Source: Fibrobacteria bacterium
GTDB taxonomy: Bacteria > Fibrobacterota > Fibrobacteria > UBA11236
Assembly (NCBI GenBank): GCA_043732185.1
Contig: JAYTHY010000074.1
Span: 20,851 to 84,850 of the forward strand
Direction: 5' to 3'
DNA: 64,000 nt
Shown here: piece after piece, positions 9,060 through 18,588 of the stretch
Position numbering within the stretch: position 1 is the stretch's first letter
Layout of the letters: each line of letters starts with the position of its first letter
Translations under genes and position numbers: made by a program
Notes under the pieces: model-generated
The model's database searches: none
Told to the model about the DNA's origin: nothing
Seen by the model: only the letters and a program-made list of their open reading frames with translations

Positions 9060-12000
9060 ATGAAATATCCTGATTTTCGAAATCTGTCCGCCAATTTGGG
9101 GCTAAGCAGCCTTCTGGCATGTGTGCCCATTGCCGCGCAAACCATAGACTTTGAATCCCCCGCCTATCTCGCTGAAAAGACGATTGTAGGCATCGATGGC
9201 TGGGCCATGGCTGGAAGCGCGACAACGGACCTTCAGGATAATTTCACAATCCAATCCGGACCTGAAAACAAATGGCTCCATTGCCTCACCAATGGCGCGA
9301 CTTTCGTGCACCGTAATTTTCCAGACCGGCCCGGGATAATCGATTTGCGTTGGCGCTGGCGCGCGATGAATGACAGCGCCAGCATTTGCCTGGGAGCGTC
9401 CGGAAATACGGGGGGAAGTGGAATCGCCACCCGCGCCCAGATCTGCATCGATCCATTCGGCCATTTCCATGGACTGGGACTTCAATCCATCACTTCCACG
9501 GAAAGATGGACAGTCCAAACCTGGTACTACATGCGCATGCGCATGGATGTTGCCAGCAACCAATACACCTTATACGTCTCCACTGATTCACTGCGCCTTG
9601 GCGAACATATTGCCATACCGATATCCGACATGAACGGCGTGGGCACATTGACACGCTTGTTTCTTCGGGATCAAAATGGCGCCGGTGCAGCGGATGTGGA
9701 TGACATCACTTGGGGTAACCTGTCTTTTTGGCGCGGTGAAGTGGACACCACATGGTCGGATGGAAAAAATTGGAGCACGGGAACTGTGCCGGACAGTTTA
9801 ACGCATGTACTCTTTGACGAAATATCGCCTAAAAATTGTTTTGTGGATAGGAACGCACAGGTCAATTCCATTTCAATGCCTCTCGCCTGGACAGGTACTT
9901 TTAATTTAGACGCTTCCACACTTACTGTTTTTGGAAACGCCGATTTTACCAGTGCCACGTTTGACTTCCTGCCTTCCGCCACTATCCACTTTTCTTCCCC
10001 GAAAGCCCAGAGCCTACAACCTGCGACTGAGGGCACCTTCCCGCACTTTGTGCACGACGGGGGCGGAACATTGCGCCTGGACACAAGGCCAATGTTTGCC
10101 AGTAACTTTACCCAGTTAGATGGCAGCCTGAACTTTAACGGCCAAGACATATACATGACCGGTAAGTTCCTCATCAAGAACGGTAAACCCGGTACCCTGC
10201 AAAATCTTGATGGACGATCGATTACCGTTGGAAAATCCGCGCATCTGGAAGGAACGTCCCAGGATACCTTGTTGGATCTGGTTTCAACGCCCAGGACAGG
10301 TCAACCCCTAAAGGGTTGGAGCATAACCGTGACTGCCACCGACACACTTTCGGCCAGATTTGCGACTATTGGGAATTCACGCGCAAACGGTGCGCCAGGC
10401 TATGCCCTATTGAGCGGAGATGCTGGAAATAATACCGGTTGGGTTTTTGGGATCCCACCGTCCATTTTAATTCCACCCCGGGACACGACGGTAAAAGTAG
10501 GGCAAAACGCCACTTTCAAAGTTTCCGTTTCAAGCAAGTTGGCCACTCTCTACCAATGGCTTCGCAATGACCAAATGATTTTGGGGGCCAGGGACTCCGT
10601 GTATACGCTTGTGGGCGCTAAACGCAGTGACAGCGGTACCGGTATCAGCTGCCGAGTAACCAGTCTCGGAGGTAGCGCAACTTCAGCTTCGGCAAAATTG
10701 AATGTGATTTTTCCCGCCCCTACTATACTGCCGGCACCCAAGACGTTTACGGATTCCATATCGGTTAAACTTTCAACTACTGTTACTGGTGCTAAAATAT
10801 TCTATTCGCGCAATGGCCTCCCATTTCTTGAATACAGCAGCGACATTGTTCTCAAGGATTCCACCAGACTTAAAGCCTTTGCCATGTTGGGTACGGATTC
10901 CTCCGGGTTGACCAACTGGAATTATCCTAAACTGCTCCTACCCCTAGCGCAGACTCCGGTTATCTCCCCCGACCCCTCTACCCCTTTTCAAGACTCCCAG
11001 GTTGTTACCATCACTGGGCCAACTTCGGGAAGTTCCATCTTTTACACCTTGGACCAATCGGATCCAGACTCCAGCAAATCCCGCTATACCACACCCCTTA
11101 CACTCCGCGCAACTACGACCGTCAGTGCCCGAGCCTATAAGTCCGGTTACCGGCCGAGCATCATTCGGACCAATATTTATATGCACAAAACTGTGGACAC
11201 CGCCATCACACTTGGAAAACCGCAGGCCATCCCTCCCGGCGGCACTTTTCCGGACACCATGGTCGTATCCATGTTTCCTCCGGCATCCACACCGGACGCC
11301 GTGCTATACTACACCTTTGGAACGGCAGGCCTACTCAAATATGCGACTCCTATTACACTGCGTGCATCCGGTACGCTGAAAATTATCGCCATCAAAGGTT
11401 CCGTTTTCAGCGATACCATGTCCTATACTTTTACCCGTCAGTTAGAGGCACCCATGGCCAATCCCAAAGGAAAAATATTTCATGATAGTCTGCTGATCAA
11501 TCTCACTTCAAATACCCCAGGGGCAACCATACACTATACCTGGAATGGCAAAGACCCAATCTCAACTTCGCCCATTTATCCCGGCGTTCCAATTCTCCTT
11601 GATTCCAGCGCCAACCTGAAAGCCATCGCCATCAAGGATTCAAACGTCAGTGCAGTAATGTCCGAGACTTATACCTTAATTGCGGATACAGTGAAGGCAT
11701 CCTATGGCAGCGGCGACTACACCTCTAGAATTCAGATACAATTGCAAACCTCCACGAAGCGCGCCCTCATCTACTATTCCTTGGACGGATCCACGCCCGG
11801 ACCGGAAAGCGGAAGCCAACCGTATACCAGTCCATTCTGGATCGAGACCACCGCTACGTTAAAAGCGGTCGCCGTAACTGGACAAGGGAGCCGTATCCAG
11901 CGCAGTCCAATGCTGACGGTCAATTACAGCTTTATCACGCCTGGCCTACGAGTCCTTGGACCAGGGCAAAAGATCGACCTCTCTAGCAATTACAGTTTAA

Positions 12001-13877
12001 ACAGTATCCTTCCCGGGGCCTCATCCGTCAACGTAGAGGTGTTGCGTACTGACAGCTTGACCAGCCTGAAAGGCTTTCGCGACATTCAGTTCGCGATTCG
12101 ATTATCCCTACCGCTGGGATCAACCGCTTTTCCTAGCATTGGATTCACCGCCCCCACGGGCGAACCGCGTGCACTATATAGTCTGGTTGGAACATCAACC
12201 GTGAACTATATCACCGATGCCGATGCTTACACGATCGGAAATCCAGGCACTTATTTTCTTGCCTTGGATACGTTGGCGCCACAAATTATTCTATCCGGAG
12301 AATCTTTTGGAACCGAAGACTCCACCAAGGCGCTTTTTACCATTCAGGACAATGTGTCCAATTTGCTGCTTGATGTAAGCCGCAGCGACAATCCCGCTCG
12401 CAATCTGGTGGCCAAATCCATAACCAGTCCCAATATTATGTCCGTGTCTCTGCGGAATCCTGCTGGCTCCATTCTGCCTTTAACCATCAAGTTAATGGTC
12501 GACGACCATCATTTGAAAACCACCTATCCCGCTGAGCCGGGCTCCTCGCACTTACTGGCTCAAAAAAATTCTGCACCAGTCCGGACCCCTGCTGTATTCA
12601 ACTTGGGAAGCCAGGTTGACAATCCATGGGACCTAATAGCCCTGCCTTTATCATTGGATCCGCCGCTTACCATGGCGCAAATACGAAAAAACAATGCGGC
12701 ACCTGGATTGGAAGCCGCAACCTGGGACATTCCTACTGGAAAATACCGCTATTTAAAAGACATGGAAGTCCTGGCACCAGGCACCTCAATTTGGATGGCT
12801 TCCACATCCAGTATGGCCTCACTGGTTTTCCCCACGCTGCAAACTCTTCCTTACCAGGAAAAGGGCGTCTTTAAATTAGTGCTGCATAAGGGTTGGAATC
12901 AGGTGGCCAACCCTACTCTATCCACTCTGTACTGGCCCGTAACACGCACGCTAATGGGCATTTATGATCAGTCCCCGCTTAAAGGCTTGAACGGATACAA
13001 CGCGACCACACAATTGTACGTGCATTCGGATTCACTGCTCCCTTGGCGCGGTTACTTTGCCTTTTATTTGGGAGGCCGCGATACCACTATTAATTTGAGC
13101 TTCAGCCCCATACAGCCTGAAGCCAACAATTCCATTGCGGCAAAGCCCGCTGCCGTTGCGGGCTTTGCCTTTTCGCTTGGCCTGGCAAACGTTCCCGCCC
13201 TGCGGCTTGGAGCTATATCCCAGGCCCAAGACGGAATTGGAATTGAAGATGAAATGCGACCACCGGCACAGGGTGAGCAATCTTCTTGGTTGTGGGCAGC
13301 GCGAGACAAAAGCCAATTGGAAACAGACCTCAGGCATTGGATTCCCGGTGCGCTATATTCATGGAGGGTAGTGGCGCGGACCCCTACCGAGAGCCATCTC
13401 GTTGGCAATCAAAATCCGGTTCTTCCCGATGGGTATGCCGCCTGGGCGGTATCTCGGACTCGTGGTTTGAGGTTCCGGATCCAGGCTGGCCTTGACATCC
13501 CCATGTATCCGGGTTTGGTCGACAGCTTTGAAGTTTGGGCCGGGCCCGCTGCGGAACTCGAAGCACGGCTCGCTGGGGTGCCACTATCGGTTCAGGCTTT
13601 TCAGCTCCAAATATCGACTACTGCCGGTGGTTTTGACATTCACCTACAGCTGCCTGAGGCAGCATTAGTCCGCTGGACTTTATGGGGCCTGGATGGCCGC
13701 GCCTACAAAACCAGCCGAATGAGTCTACCTGAGGGCATTTACCATTTAGCACCGGCTGCGATCAAATCCCGACTCACAACTGGAATGTATGTGCTCTCTA
13801 TGGACTGGACGAGCCGAGCTGGTTCCATCCGGTCGGGCGCCAACGGCCACATAAGCCGAAAAATCATCATTCCTTAA
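9060..13877 (+). CDS. giant secreted cell-surface protein: signal peptide, Ig-like (I-set) domain, five tandem ~80-aa chitobiase/beta-hexosaminidase C-terminal-like repeats, T9SS-like C-terminal sorting tail
   Basis: Start at MKYPDFRNLSANLGLSSLLACVPIAAQ (signal peptide). Ig-like segment IPPRDTTVKVGQNATFKVSVSS..YQWLRNDQ..SGTGISCRVTSLGGSATSASAKLNV. Five repeats each carry a (I/L)(F/Y/H)YT.(D/N)GS.P....Y..P..L..(T/S)..LKA.A.K motif. C-terminal RWTLWGLDGRAYKTSRMSLPEGIYHL...TGMYVLSM...RKIIIP resembles a T9SS type-A C-terminal domain. Confidence 0.75.
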   Translation: MKYPDFRNLSANLGLSSLLACVPIAAQTIDFESPAYLAEKTIVGIDGWAMAGSATTDLQDNFTIQSGPENKWLHCLTNGATFVHRNFPDRPGIIDLRWRWRAMNDSASICLGASGNTGGSGIATRAQICIDPFGHFHGLGLQSITSTERWTVQTWYYMRMRMDVASNQYTLYVSTDSLRLGEHIAIPISDMNGVGTLTRLFLRDQNGAGAADVDDITWGNLSFWRGEVDTTWSDGKNWSTGTVPDSLTHVLFDEISPKNCFVDRNAQVNSISMPLAWTGTFNLDASTLTVFGNADFTSATFDFLPSATIHFSSPKAQSLQPATEGTFPHFVHDGGGTLRLDTRPMFASNFTQLDGSLNFNGQDIYMTGKFLIKNGKPGTLQNLDGRSITVGKSAHLEGTSQDTLLDLVSTPRTGQPLKGWSITVTATDTLSARFATIGNSRANGAPGYALLSGDAGNNTGWVFGIPPSILIPPRDTTVKVGQNATFKVSVSSKLATLYQWLRNDQMILGARDSVYTLVGAKRSDSGTGISCRVTSLGGSATSASAKLNVIFPAPTILPAPKTFTDSISVKLSTTVTGAKIFYSRNGLPFLEYSSDIVLKDSTRLKAFAMLGTDSSGLTNWNYPKLLLPLAQTPVISPDPSTPFQDSQVVTITGPTSGSSIFYTLDQSDPDSSKSRYTTPLTLRATTTVSARAYKSGYRPSIIRTNIYMHKTVDTAITLGKPQAIPPGGTFPDTMVVSMFPPASTPDAVLYYTFGTAGLLKYATPITLRASGTLKIIAIKGSVFSDTMSYTFTRQLEAPMANPKGKIFHDSLLINLTSNTPGATIHYTWNGKDPISTSPIYPGVPILLDSSANLKAIAIKDSNVSAVMSETYTLIADTVKASYGSGDYTSRIQIQLQTSTKRALIYYSLDGSTPGPESGSQPYTSPFWIETTATLKAVAVTGQGSRIQRSPMLTVNYSFITPGLRVLGPGQKIDLSSNYSLNSILPGASSVNVEVLRTDSLTSLKGFRDIQFAIRLSLPLGSTAFPSIGFTAPTGEPRALYSLVGTSTVNYITDADAYTIGNPGTYFLALDTLAPQIILSGESFGTEDSTKALFTIQDNVSNLLLDVSRSDNPARNLVAKSITSPNIMSVSLRNPAGSILPLTIKLMVDDHHLKTTYPAEPGSSHLLAQKNSAPVRTPAVFNLGSQVDNPWDLIALPLSLDPPLTMAQIRKNNAAPGLEAATWDIPTGKYRYLKDMEVLAPGTSIWMASTSSMASLVFPTLQTLPYQEKGVFKLVLHKGWNQVANPTLSTLYWPVTRTLMGIYDQSPLKGLNGYNATTQLYVHSDSLLPWRGYFAFYLGGRDTTINLSFSPIQPEANNSIAAKPAAVAGFAFSLGLANVPALRLGAISQAQDGIGIEDEMRPPAQGEQSSWLWAARDKSQLETDLRHWIPGALYSWRVVARTPTESHLVGNQNPVLPDGYAAWAVSRTRGLRFRIQAGLDIPMYPGLVDSFEVWAGPAAELEARLAGVPLSVQAFQLQISTTAGGFDIHLQLPEAALVRWTLWGLDGRAYKTSRMSLPEGIYHLAPAAIKSRLTTGMYVLSMDWTSRAGSIRSGANGHISRKIIIP
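10719..11943 (+). repeat. intragenic tandem array of five ~240-bp (about 80-aa) domain repeats inside the giant protein
   Basis: Repeat cores: AKIFYSRNGLPFLEYSSDIVLKDSTRLKAFAM; SSIFYTLDQSDPDSSKSRYTTPLTLRATTTVSARAYKSGY; VLYYTFGTAGLLKYATPITLRASGTLKIIAIKGS; ATIHYTWNGKDPISTSPIYPGVPILLDSSANLKAIAIKDS; ALIYYSLDGSTPGPESGSQPYTSPFWIETTATLKAVAV. Confidence 0.7.
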
Positions 13878-13954
13878 AACTATTTAGCCTGTAACAGGAT
13901 TGCAACACCCAACTACTTGTTAATCATCAACTGATGGGTGTAGATTTGCTCTAG

Positions 13955-14647
13955 ATGAATGCAATGAACATCCTGGTTACCGAAGACGATTCAGATATTC
14001 TCGAATTGATAGTCTACAGTTTAGAATCCGCTGGCTTTCACGTCCATGCGGCCAAATCCGGACTGGAAGCGTTGTCCATTCTTGCCGATGAGACCGTTGA
14101 CCTTGCCGTACTCGATATCATGCTTCCGGACCTATCCGGAATCGACCTATGTCGAAAAATAAAATCCGAAGAGCGATTGGAAAATATCCCTGTTCTTTTC
14201 CTTACCGCCAAAGATGGAGAAACCGACAAATTAATTGGTTTCAAAGTAGGTGCCGACGATTACTTGTGCAAACCCTTTTCCCCCAAAGAGCTGGTGGCAC
14301 GGGCACAGGCCTTGATCAAACGCTCCACGGGCGGAAAGGGCCGTTTCGCCTTCCAGGATTTGGAAATCTTTTTCGATCGACATATCGTGGAAGTCGCACA
14401 GCAACGGGTCAACCTCACCCCCAGGGAATTCATGGTGCTCAAAGTGCTGATCGAAAGTCAGCAAAGGACCATTGCTCGCGCAACATTGCTGGAACGCGCT
14501 TGGGGCATGGAATCCAAAGCTGGCTTACGTAGCGTGGATGTTACTGTGACCCGACTCCGTGAAAAAATAAAACCCTATGGAAAATGCATCAGGACGGTAA
14601 CCGGATTCGGTTATCAATGGGACCCGGAAGGGTACCAATCTGCCTAA
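13955..14647 (+). CDS. OmpR/PhoB-family response regulator (REC plus winged-helix)
   Basis: ILVTEDDSDILELI, phospho-acceptor LAVLDIMLPDLSGIDL, LTAKDGETDKLIGFKVGADDYLCKPFSPKEL, and a C-terminal winged helix ..VTRLREKIKPYG..IRTVTGFGYQW. A PhoB orthologue is plausible given the adjacent PhoR-like kinase and pit/ppk genes. Confidence 0.85.
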   Translation: MNAMNILVTEDDSDILELIVYSLESAGFHVHAAKSGLEALSILADETVDLAVLDIMLPDLSGIDLCRKIKSEERLENIPVLFLTAKDGETDKLIGFKVGADDYLCKPFSPKELVARAQALIKRSTGGKGRFAFQDLEIFFDRHIVEVAQQRVNLTPREFMVLKVLIESQQRTIARATLLERAWGMESKAGLRSVDVTVTRLREKIKPYGKCIRTVTGFGYQWDPEGYQSA

Positions 14648-14680
14648 CCTAAAGCGTGACCCAAGCATGATGCCTGAATA

Positions 14681-16519
14681 ATGCGTGATCTGAACCGCCC
14701 CTATCCATCCCTGCGAGCTCATCTCATCGCCATGTTGGGTGTATTTGCTGCTTTGTTTTTAGGCCTCACGCTTTACCTTTATCTCACTTCCCGCACCCTC
14801 TTTGCTGAAGCCCTAAAACGTGAACTTTCCGGGGACCTAGAATGGATGGCCTCTTTAATCTCAAGTGACCCAGACCTATTGACAGCTCCCGTCCGCGCCG
14901 ACTCGCTGTGCCGGGCCATTGCACGGTTTAAAGGGTTTCGAGTGACTATCATCGACTCCGACGGTCAAGTGCGGGCCGATTCCCATGTTCCCCTTCACGA
15001 AACAGGCGCATTGGAAAATCACCGCCATCGACCGGAAATTATGGAAGCGGACGCCAAGCTTTGGGGTTATGCCTGGAGGTATTCCAGTACCATCGACATG
15101 GAAATGCTGTACGTCGCTCGACGCTTGCCAAACCAAAAAGGCTACCTACGCATTGCCGCGGGACCCACTGCTCTTTGGAGTTTCCAGAAAGCTTCTCTGC
15201 GTATTTTCGCCTTGTTTCTAGGCCTGTTTATGTCCGGTTCCCTGGCCGTTACCTGGTGGATTAGTAGAAAAATCAGTTCACCCCTGTTGCATCTCATTGG
15301 AACAGACTCCCGAGGGCCCGGTTCCCCCACTCCAAGGTGGGAGGCGGAATTCCGGGAAGCGGACGTTTTAAATCAAGCCTTTCAAGGTTATGTGGAAGAA
15401 ATCCGAAAATTGGGCGGCGCTGTCGAAACAGAACGCGATAAGCTGGTCGCCATCATGAATCAATTGGAAGAAGGTATTATCATCCTTTCCGATAACGGTT
15501 TAGTGATAGCCGCCAATCCAGCATCCATCCGCCTGATTGGGGCGAATACGAATGTGGCAGACCAAAGTCGCTCGACATGGCTCAATCGACCAGCAACCGA
15601 GCTCCTCAAGCATAAGGCACTGAACGACTGGATAAGCCGCATCAAGGAGAGCGATCGCCCGCCATTTCTCCATGTGGATAAAGGCTCGGAGGCGGAATAC
15701 GATTTGCTTTGCCACATAACGAAGTTGGACGCCACTTCCATACCACGCGAGTACTTGCTTACTTTAATCGACGTAACCGAATTGCGAAATCTAGATCGGA
15801 TAAAATCTGAATTTGTTGCCAATGCTTCGCATGAATTGAAAACGCCGCTTTCTTCCATCAAGGGTTATACGGAAACCCTATTGGATGGTGCACTAGAGGA
15901 TGCAAAGGTTCGCGAACTTTTCGTAAAAAAAATTCACAATAACGCGTTAAGGCTGGAGCTGTTGATCTTGGACCTTTTGAGTTTATCGCAATTAGAAGCT
16001 CATCTGGAGTTAAAAGAAACCGAGCCATTGTCCTTACGGGTCTATGTGAATGCGGCTGCCAACCTGCACAGACATGAACTGGACAGCTCCGGAATTCGTC
16101 TGGAAAACCAAATTCCCGATACTGTCATGGTGGTCGTAGAGCCCCGCGACCTTGAACACATACTCAATAATCTGGTTGGAAATGCTATACGGTACAACAA
16201 ACCGGGAGGCAAGGTGAGGGTGTGGGTGGAAAACGGGGACAGCTTGCAGCTTTATGTAAAAGACACCGGAATCGGAATTCCAGAAGACATGTTGCCAAGG
16301 ATATTCGAGCGTTTCTATCGGGCGGCAAAGTCGAGAGCATCCAAGGAAGGCACCGGTCTCGGCCTGGCAATAGTCAAACATGCAGCGCACAAATACGGTA
16401 TGACCGTTACGGTAGAAAGCATTCTCGGTGAAGGCAGCCGATTTCAGGTGAACATTCCATTAGGCCTGGTTGCAGGCGGGGGCTTGAACCGCGCCTTGGA
16501 TTCGAAGCAGAACACTTAG
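14681..16519 (+). CDS. sensor histidine kinase, PhoR-like (two TM segments, periplasmic domain, PAS, HisKA, HATPase_c)
   Basis: TM1 LIAMLGVFAALFLGLTLYLYL, TM2 IFALFLGLFMSGSLAVTWWI. PAS-like segment around AIMNQLEEGIIILSDNGLVIAANPA. H-box FVANASHELKTPLSSIKGYTETL. N, G1 and G2 boxes NLVGNAIRYNKPGG, VKDTGIGIPEDMLPRIFERFYR, GTGLGLAIVKH. Confidence 0.9.
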   Translation: MRDLNRPYPSLRAHLIAMLGVFAALFLGLTLYLYLTSRTLFAEALKRELSGDLEWMASLISSDPDLLTAPVRADSLCRAIARFKGFRVTIIDSDGQVRADSHVPLHETGALENHRHRPEIMEADAKLWGYAWRYSSTIDMEMLYVARRLPNQKGYLRIAAGPTALWSFQKASLRIFALFLGLFMSGSLAVTWWISRKISSPLLHLIGTDSRGPGSPTPRWEAEFREADVLNQAFQGYVEEIRKLGGAVETERDKLVAIMNQLEEGIIILSDNGLVIAANPASIRLIGANTNVADQSRSTWLNRPATELLKHKALNDWISRIKESDRPPFLHVDKGSEAEYDLLCHITKLDATSIPREYLLTLIDVTELRNLDRIKSEFVANASHELKTPLSSIKGYTETLLDGALEDAKVRELFVKKIHNNALRLELLILDLLSLSQLEAHLELKETEPLSLRVYVNAAANLHRHELDSSGIRLENQIPDTVMVVVEPRDLEHILNNLVGNAIRYNKPGGKVRVWVENGDSLQLYVKDTGIGIPEDMLPRIFERFYRAAKSRASKEGTGLGLAIVKHAAHKYGMTVTVESILGEGSRFQVNIPLGLVAGGGLNRALDSKQNT

Positions 16520-16531
16520 CCATCGATATCC

Positions 16532-17527
16532 CTAAGTTCCCAATAGACGCAATCCCATTCCAATTAAGTAGGCAACTATGGCGGAAGCGGGTATGGTCAA
16601 AATCCAGGCAATAGCCATTTGACCAGCAATTTCCCAGCGCACAGCCGAAAGACGTTTGGACGAACCCACTCCCATAATGGAACTGGATATCACATGTGTA
16701 GTGGAAACGGGAGAGCCAAAATGACTGGCCACTAGAATGGTAAGTGAGGCTGCGGTTTCGGCGGCAAAACCATTCACGGGTGTCAATTTGATCATGCGCA
16801 CACCCATGGTCTTGATGATGCGCCAGCCACCGGCCGCAGTGCCCATGGCCATGGCCGCGGCACAAAGCAAAATAACCCATTGCGGCACGGCAAAAGTGTG
16901 AATGAATCCCATTCCAAACAAAGCCATGGTGATAATACCCATGGACTTTTGCGCGTCATTGGACCCATGCGATAAAGCCATAAAAGCCGCGGAGACAAGT
17001 TGTAAATGTTTGAACCAACGGTTCACTTTCCCAGCGGGCCGTTTGTGGAATATCCACATGATGGCAATCATGATGAGTAGCCCACCGACAAAACCCGCCA
17101 GCGGCGAAATAAGCAGGGCCTTGACGATTTTCCAAATGCCCTCGCCATTCAACTTGTGGAAGCCATGGTAGGCAATTGTGGAACCAATGATGCCGCCAAT
17201 CAGAGCATGCGAAGAGCTGGACGGGATACCATAGAACCAGGTGAGAAGATTCCAAAAGATGGCGGCCAATAGGGCAGCGGCCACAATACCATTAGTAACC
17301 AGAGCGGGATCCACAATTCCCTTGCCAATAGTCTTGGCAACAGCTGTGCTTAGGAAAGCACCCAAAAAGTTCAAGGAGGCGGCCATTAGAATCGCCTGCT
17401 TGGGCGAAAGCACACGGGTTGATACAACAGTGGCAATGGCATTGGCCGAATCGTGCATGCCGTTGATGTAATCGAAAATCAAGGCTAGGACGACCAAGCC
17501 CAGTAGAATGGGAATCGACTCAGCCAT
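16532..17527 (-). CDS. pitA: low-affinity inorganic phosphate transporter, PiT (PHO4) family
   Basis: MAESIPILLGLVVLALIFDYINGMHDSANAIATVVSTRVLSP carries the PHO4 signature (F.NG.HD.AN.IAT). A second repeat of the motif sits in the C-terminal half (GSNDAQKSMGII). 331 aa, multi-TM. Confidence 0.92.
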   Translation of the reverse strand: MAESIPILLGLVVLALIFDYINGMHDSANAIATVVSTRVLSPKQAILMAASLNFLGAFLSTAVAKTIGKGIVDPALVTNGIVAAALLAAIFWNLLTWFYGIPSSSSHALIGGIIGSTIAYHGFHKLNGEGIWKIVKALLISPLAGFVGGLLIMIAIMWIFHKRPAGKVNRWFKHLQLVSAAFMALSHGSNDAQKSMGIITMALFGMGFIHTFAVPQWVILLCAAAMAMGTAAGGWRIIKTMGVRMIKLTPVNGFAAETAASLTILVASHFGSPVSTTHVISSSIMGVGSSKRLSAVRWEIAGQMAIAWILTIPASAIVAYLIGMGLRLLGT

Positions 17528-18146
17528 GCTTCAGCACAATCCCTTCGATAATGCCGGCGACATGCTCACACATATCCGTGGCGGTCTCCAAATTGTCGTA
17601 AATATCGCGCCATTTCATGACATCCAAGGGATTTTTGTCTCCCTTAAATAGTTCCGCCACGGCCTCGCGAGCGATGCGGTCACCGAGGTTTTCCAGTCGG
17701 TTGATCTCGATACAGTGCGGGATTATTTTTTCGTATTTAAGCAGGGAAATGACGGGCATGACCTTGTTAAGTTCAGCAACTTGCTTCACGAGTACATCCA
17801 CCAAACCCTTCATGGGTGGTGTGATCTCCGTGAGGCCATAGAGGATCATTCTTTCCGTTACGGCTTCCATATAATCCATGCAATCGTCCAGGGCAACAGT
17901 CAACTGGTGGATATCTTCACGATCAATTGGGGTGATGAAACTCTTATCTAAAGCGATCAGAATCTCATGTGTCAGTACATCCGCATCATGCTCAAGCCGC
18001 TCTAGTCGCGCCGCTCCAGATTTAATGCTTTCCACTCCTCCCGCCATCATTTCGCTCAGCACGTTGGCAGCTGCCTCTAAAATTTTGGCGCTTTGACCGA
18101 ACATCTCAAAGAATTTGACGTTTTTGGGTATCAGATTTTTGAACAT
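17520..18146 (-). CDS. DUF47/PhoU-like phosphate transport regulator (Pit accessory protein family)
   Basis: 208-aa helical protein, MFKNLIPKNVKFFEMF..LERLEHDADVLTHEILIALDKSFITPIDREDIHQL.. typical of the TIGR00153/DUF47 family. It overlaps the pitA start by 8 nt (17520-17527), as is usual for pit operons. Confidence 0.85.
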   Translation of the reverse strand: MFKNLIPKNVKFFEMFGQSAKILEAAANVLSEMMAGGVESIKSGAARLERLEHDADVLTHEILIALDKSFITPIDREDIHQLTVALDDCMDYMEAVTERMILYGLTEITPPMKGLVDVLVKQVAELNKVMPVISLLKYEKIIPHCIEINRLENLGDRIAREAVAELFKGDKNPLDVMKWRDIYDNLETATDMCEHVAGIIEGIVLKHG

Positions 18147-18216
18147 TGGACTACCTCGAACTCTCCAGGAATGGACCTATAAAGCTAGAAAAAGACTGTT
18201 GTTTGGTTTTATAATC

Positions 18217-18588
18217 ATGCGTTACACTTTGGGAAAAAAAGTCATGCCTAACCTCCCTTATAAGTTTTTGTTGTTTGTAGCGGTAGGCGGCTTTTTCTAT
18301 TTGCACGGCCTTCCCAAAAAGGCAGCATTCATTGCCAACTTTTTAAGTCGAACGAAAGAAAAAAGCCAGGAAGAACAAATCGAGGCTTTGGCCGAAGAGA
18401 AAGTGCGCGGCGAAATCTGTAGCCTAGCTGATTTGTGCGAATACCGGCCTATTGCTTGGAAGGAATTCCACGCATCGGACACTGTAAGTGCCTCCATCGT
18501 CCACGAATTCTACAAGGATGGAAAAAAGTGCGCTGTATTGTTTCGTATGCGCTACGGCGCAATCAGTGAAATCATCGACCTAAACTAG
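18217..18588 (+). CDS. small hypothetical membrane-anchored protein
   Basis: ATG at 18217, [33 protein letters not shown] (one TM) followed by a charged region. No recognisable family. Lies between the pit operon and aspS. Confidence 0.35.
   Translation: MRYTLGKKVMPNLPYKFLLFVAVGGFFYLHGLPKKAAFIANFLSRTKEKSQEEQIEALAEEKVRGEICSLADLCEYRPIAWKEFHASDTVSASIVHEFYKDGKKCAVLFRMRYGAISEIIDLN

Noticed and set aside
9102-11379. ORFs antisense to, or out of frame within, the giant protein gene (9102..9563, 9671..10177, 10944..11186 and others)
   Set aside because: The giant ORF is continuous and protein-like through these spans. The alternatives lack homology and start signals.
16407-16880. 157-aa His/Cys-rich ORF overlapping the pitA 3-prime half in another frame
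   Set aside because: Out of frame within the PHO4-family transporter. The composition (runs of H, G, C) is typical of a frame artefact in GC-rich codons.
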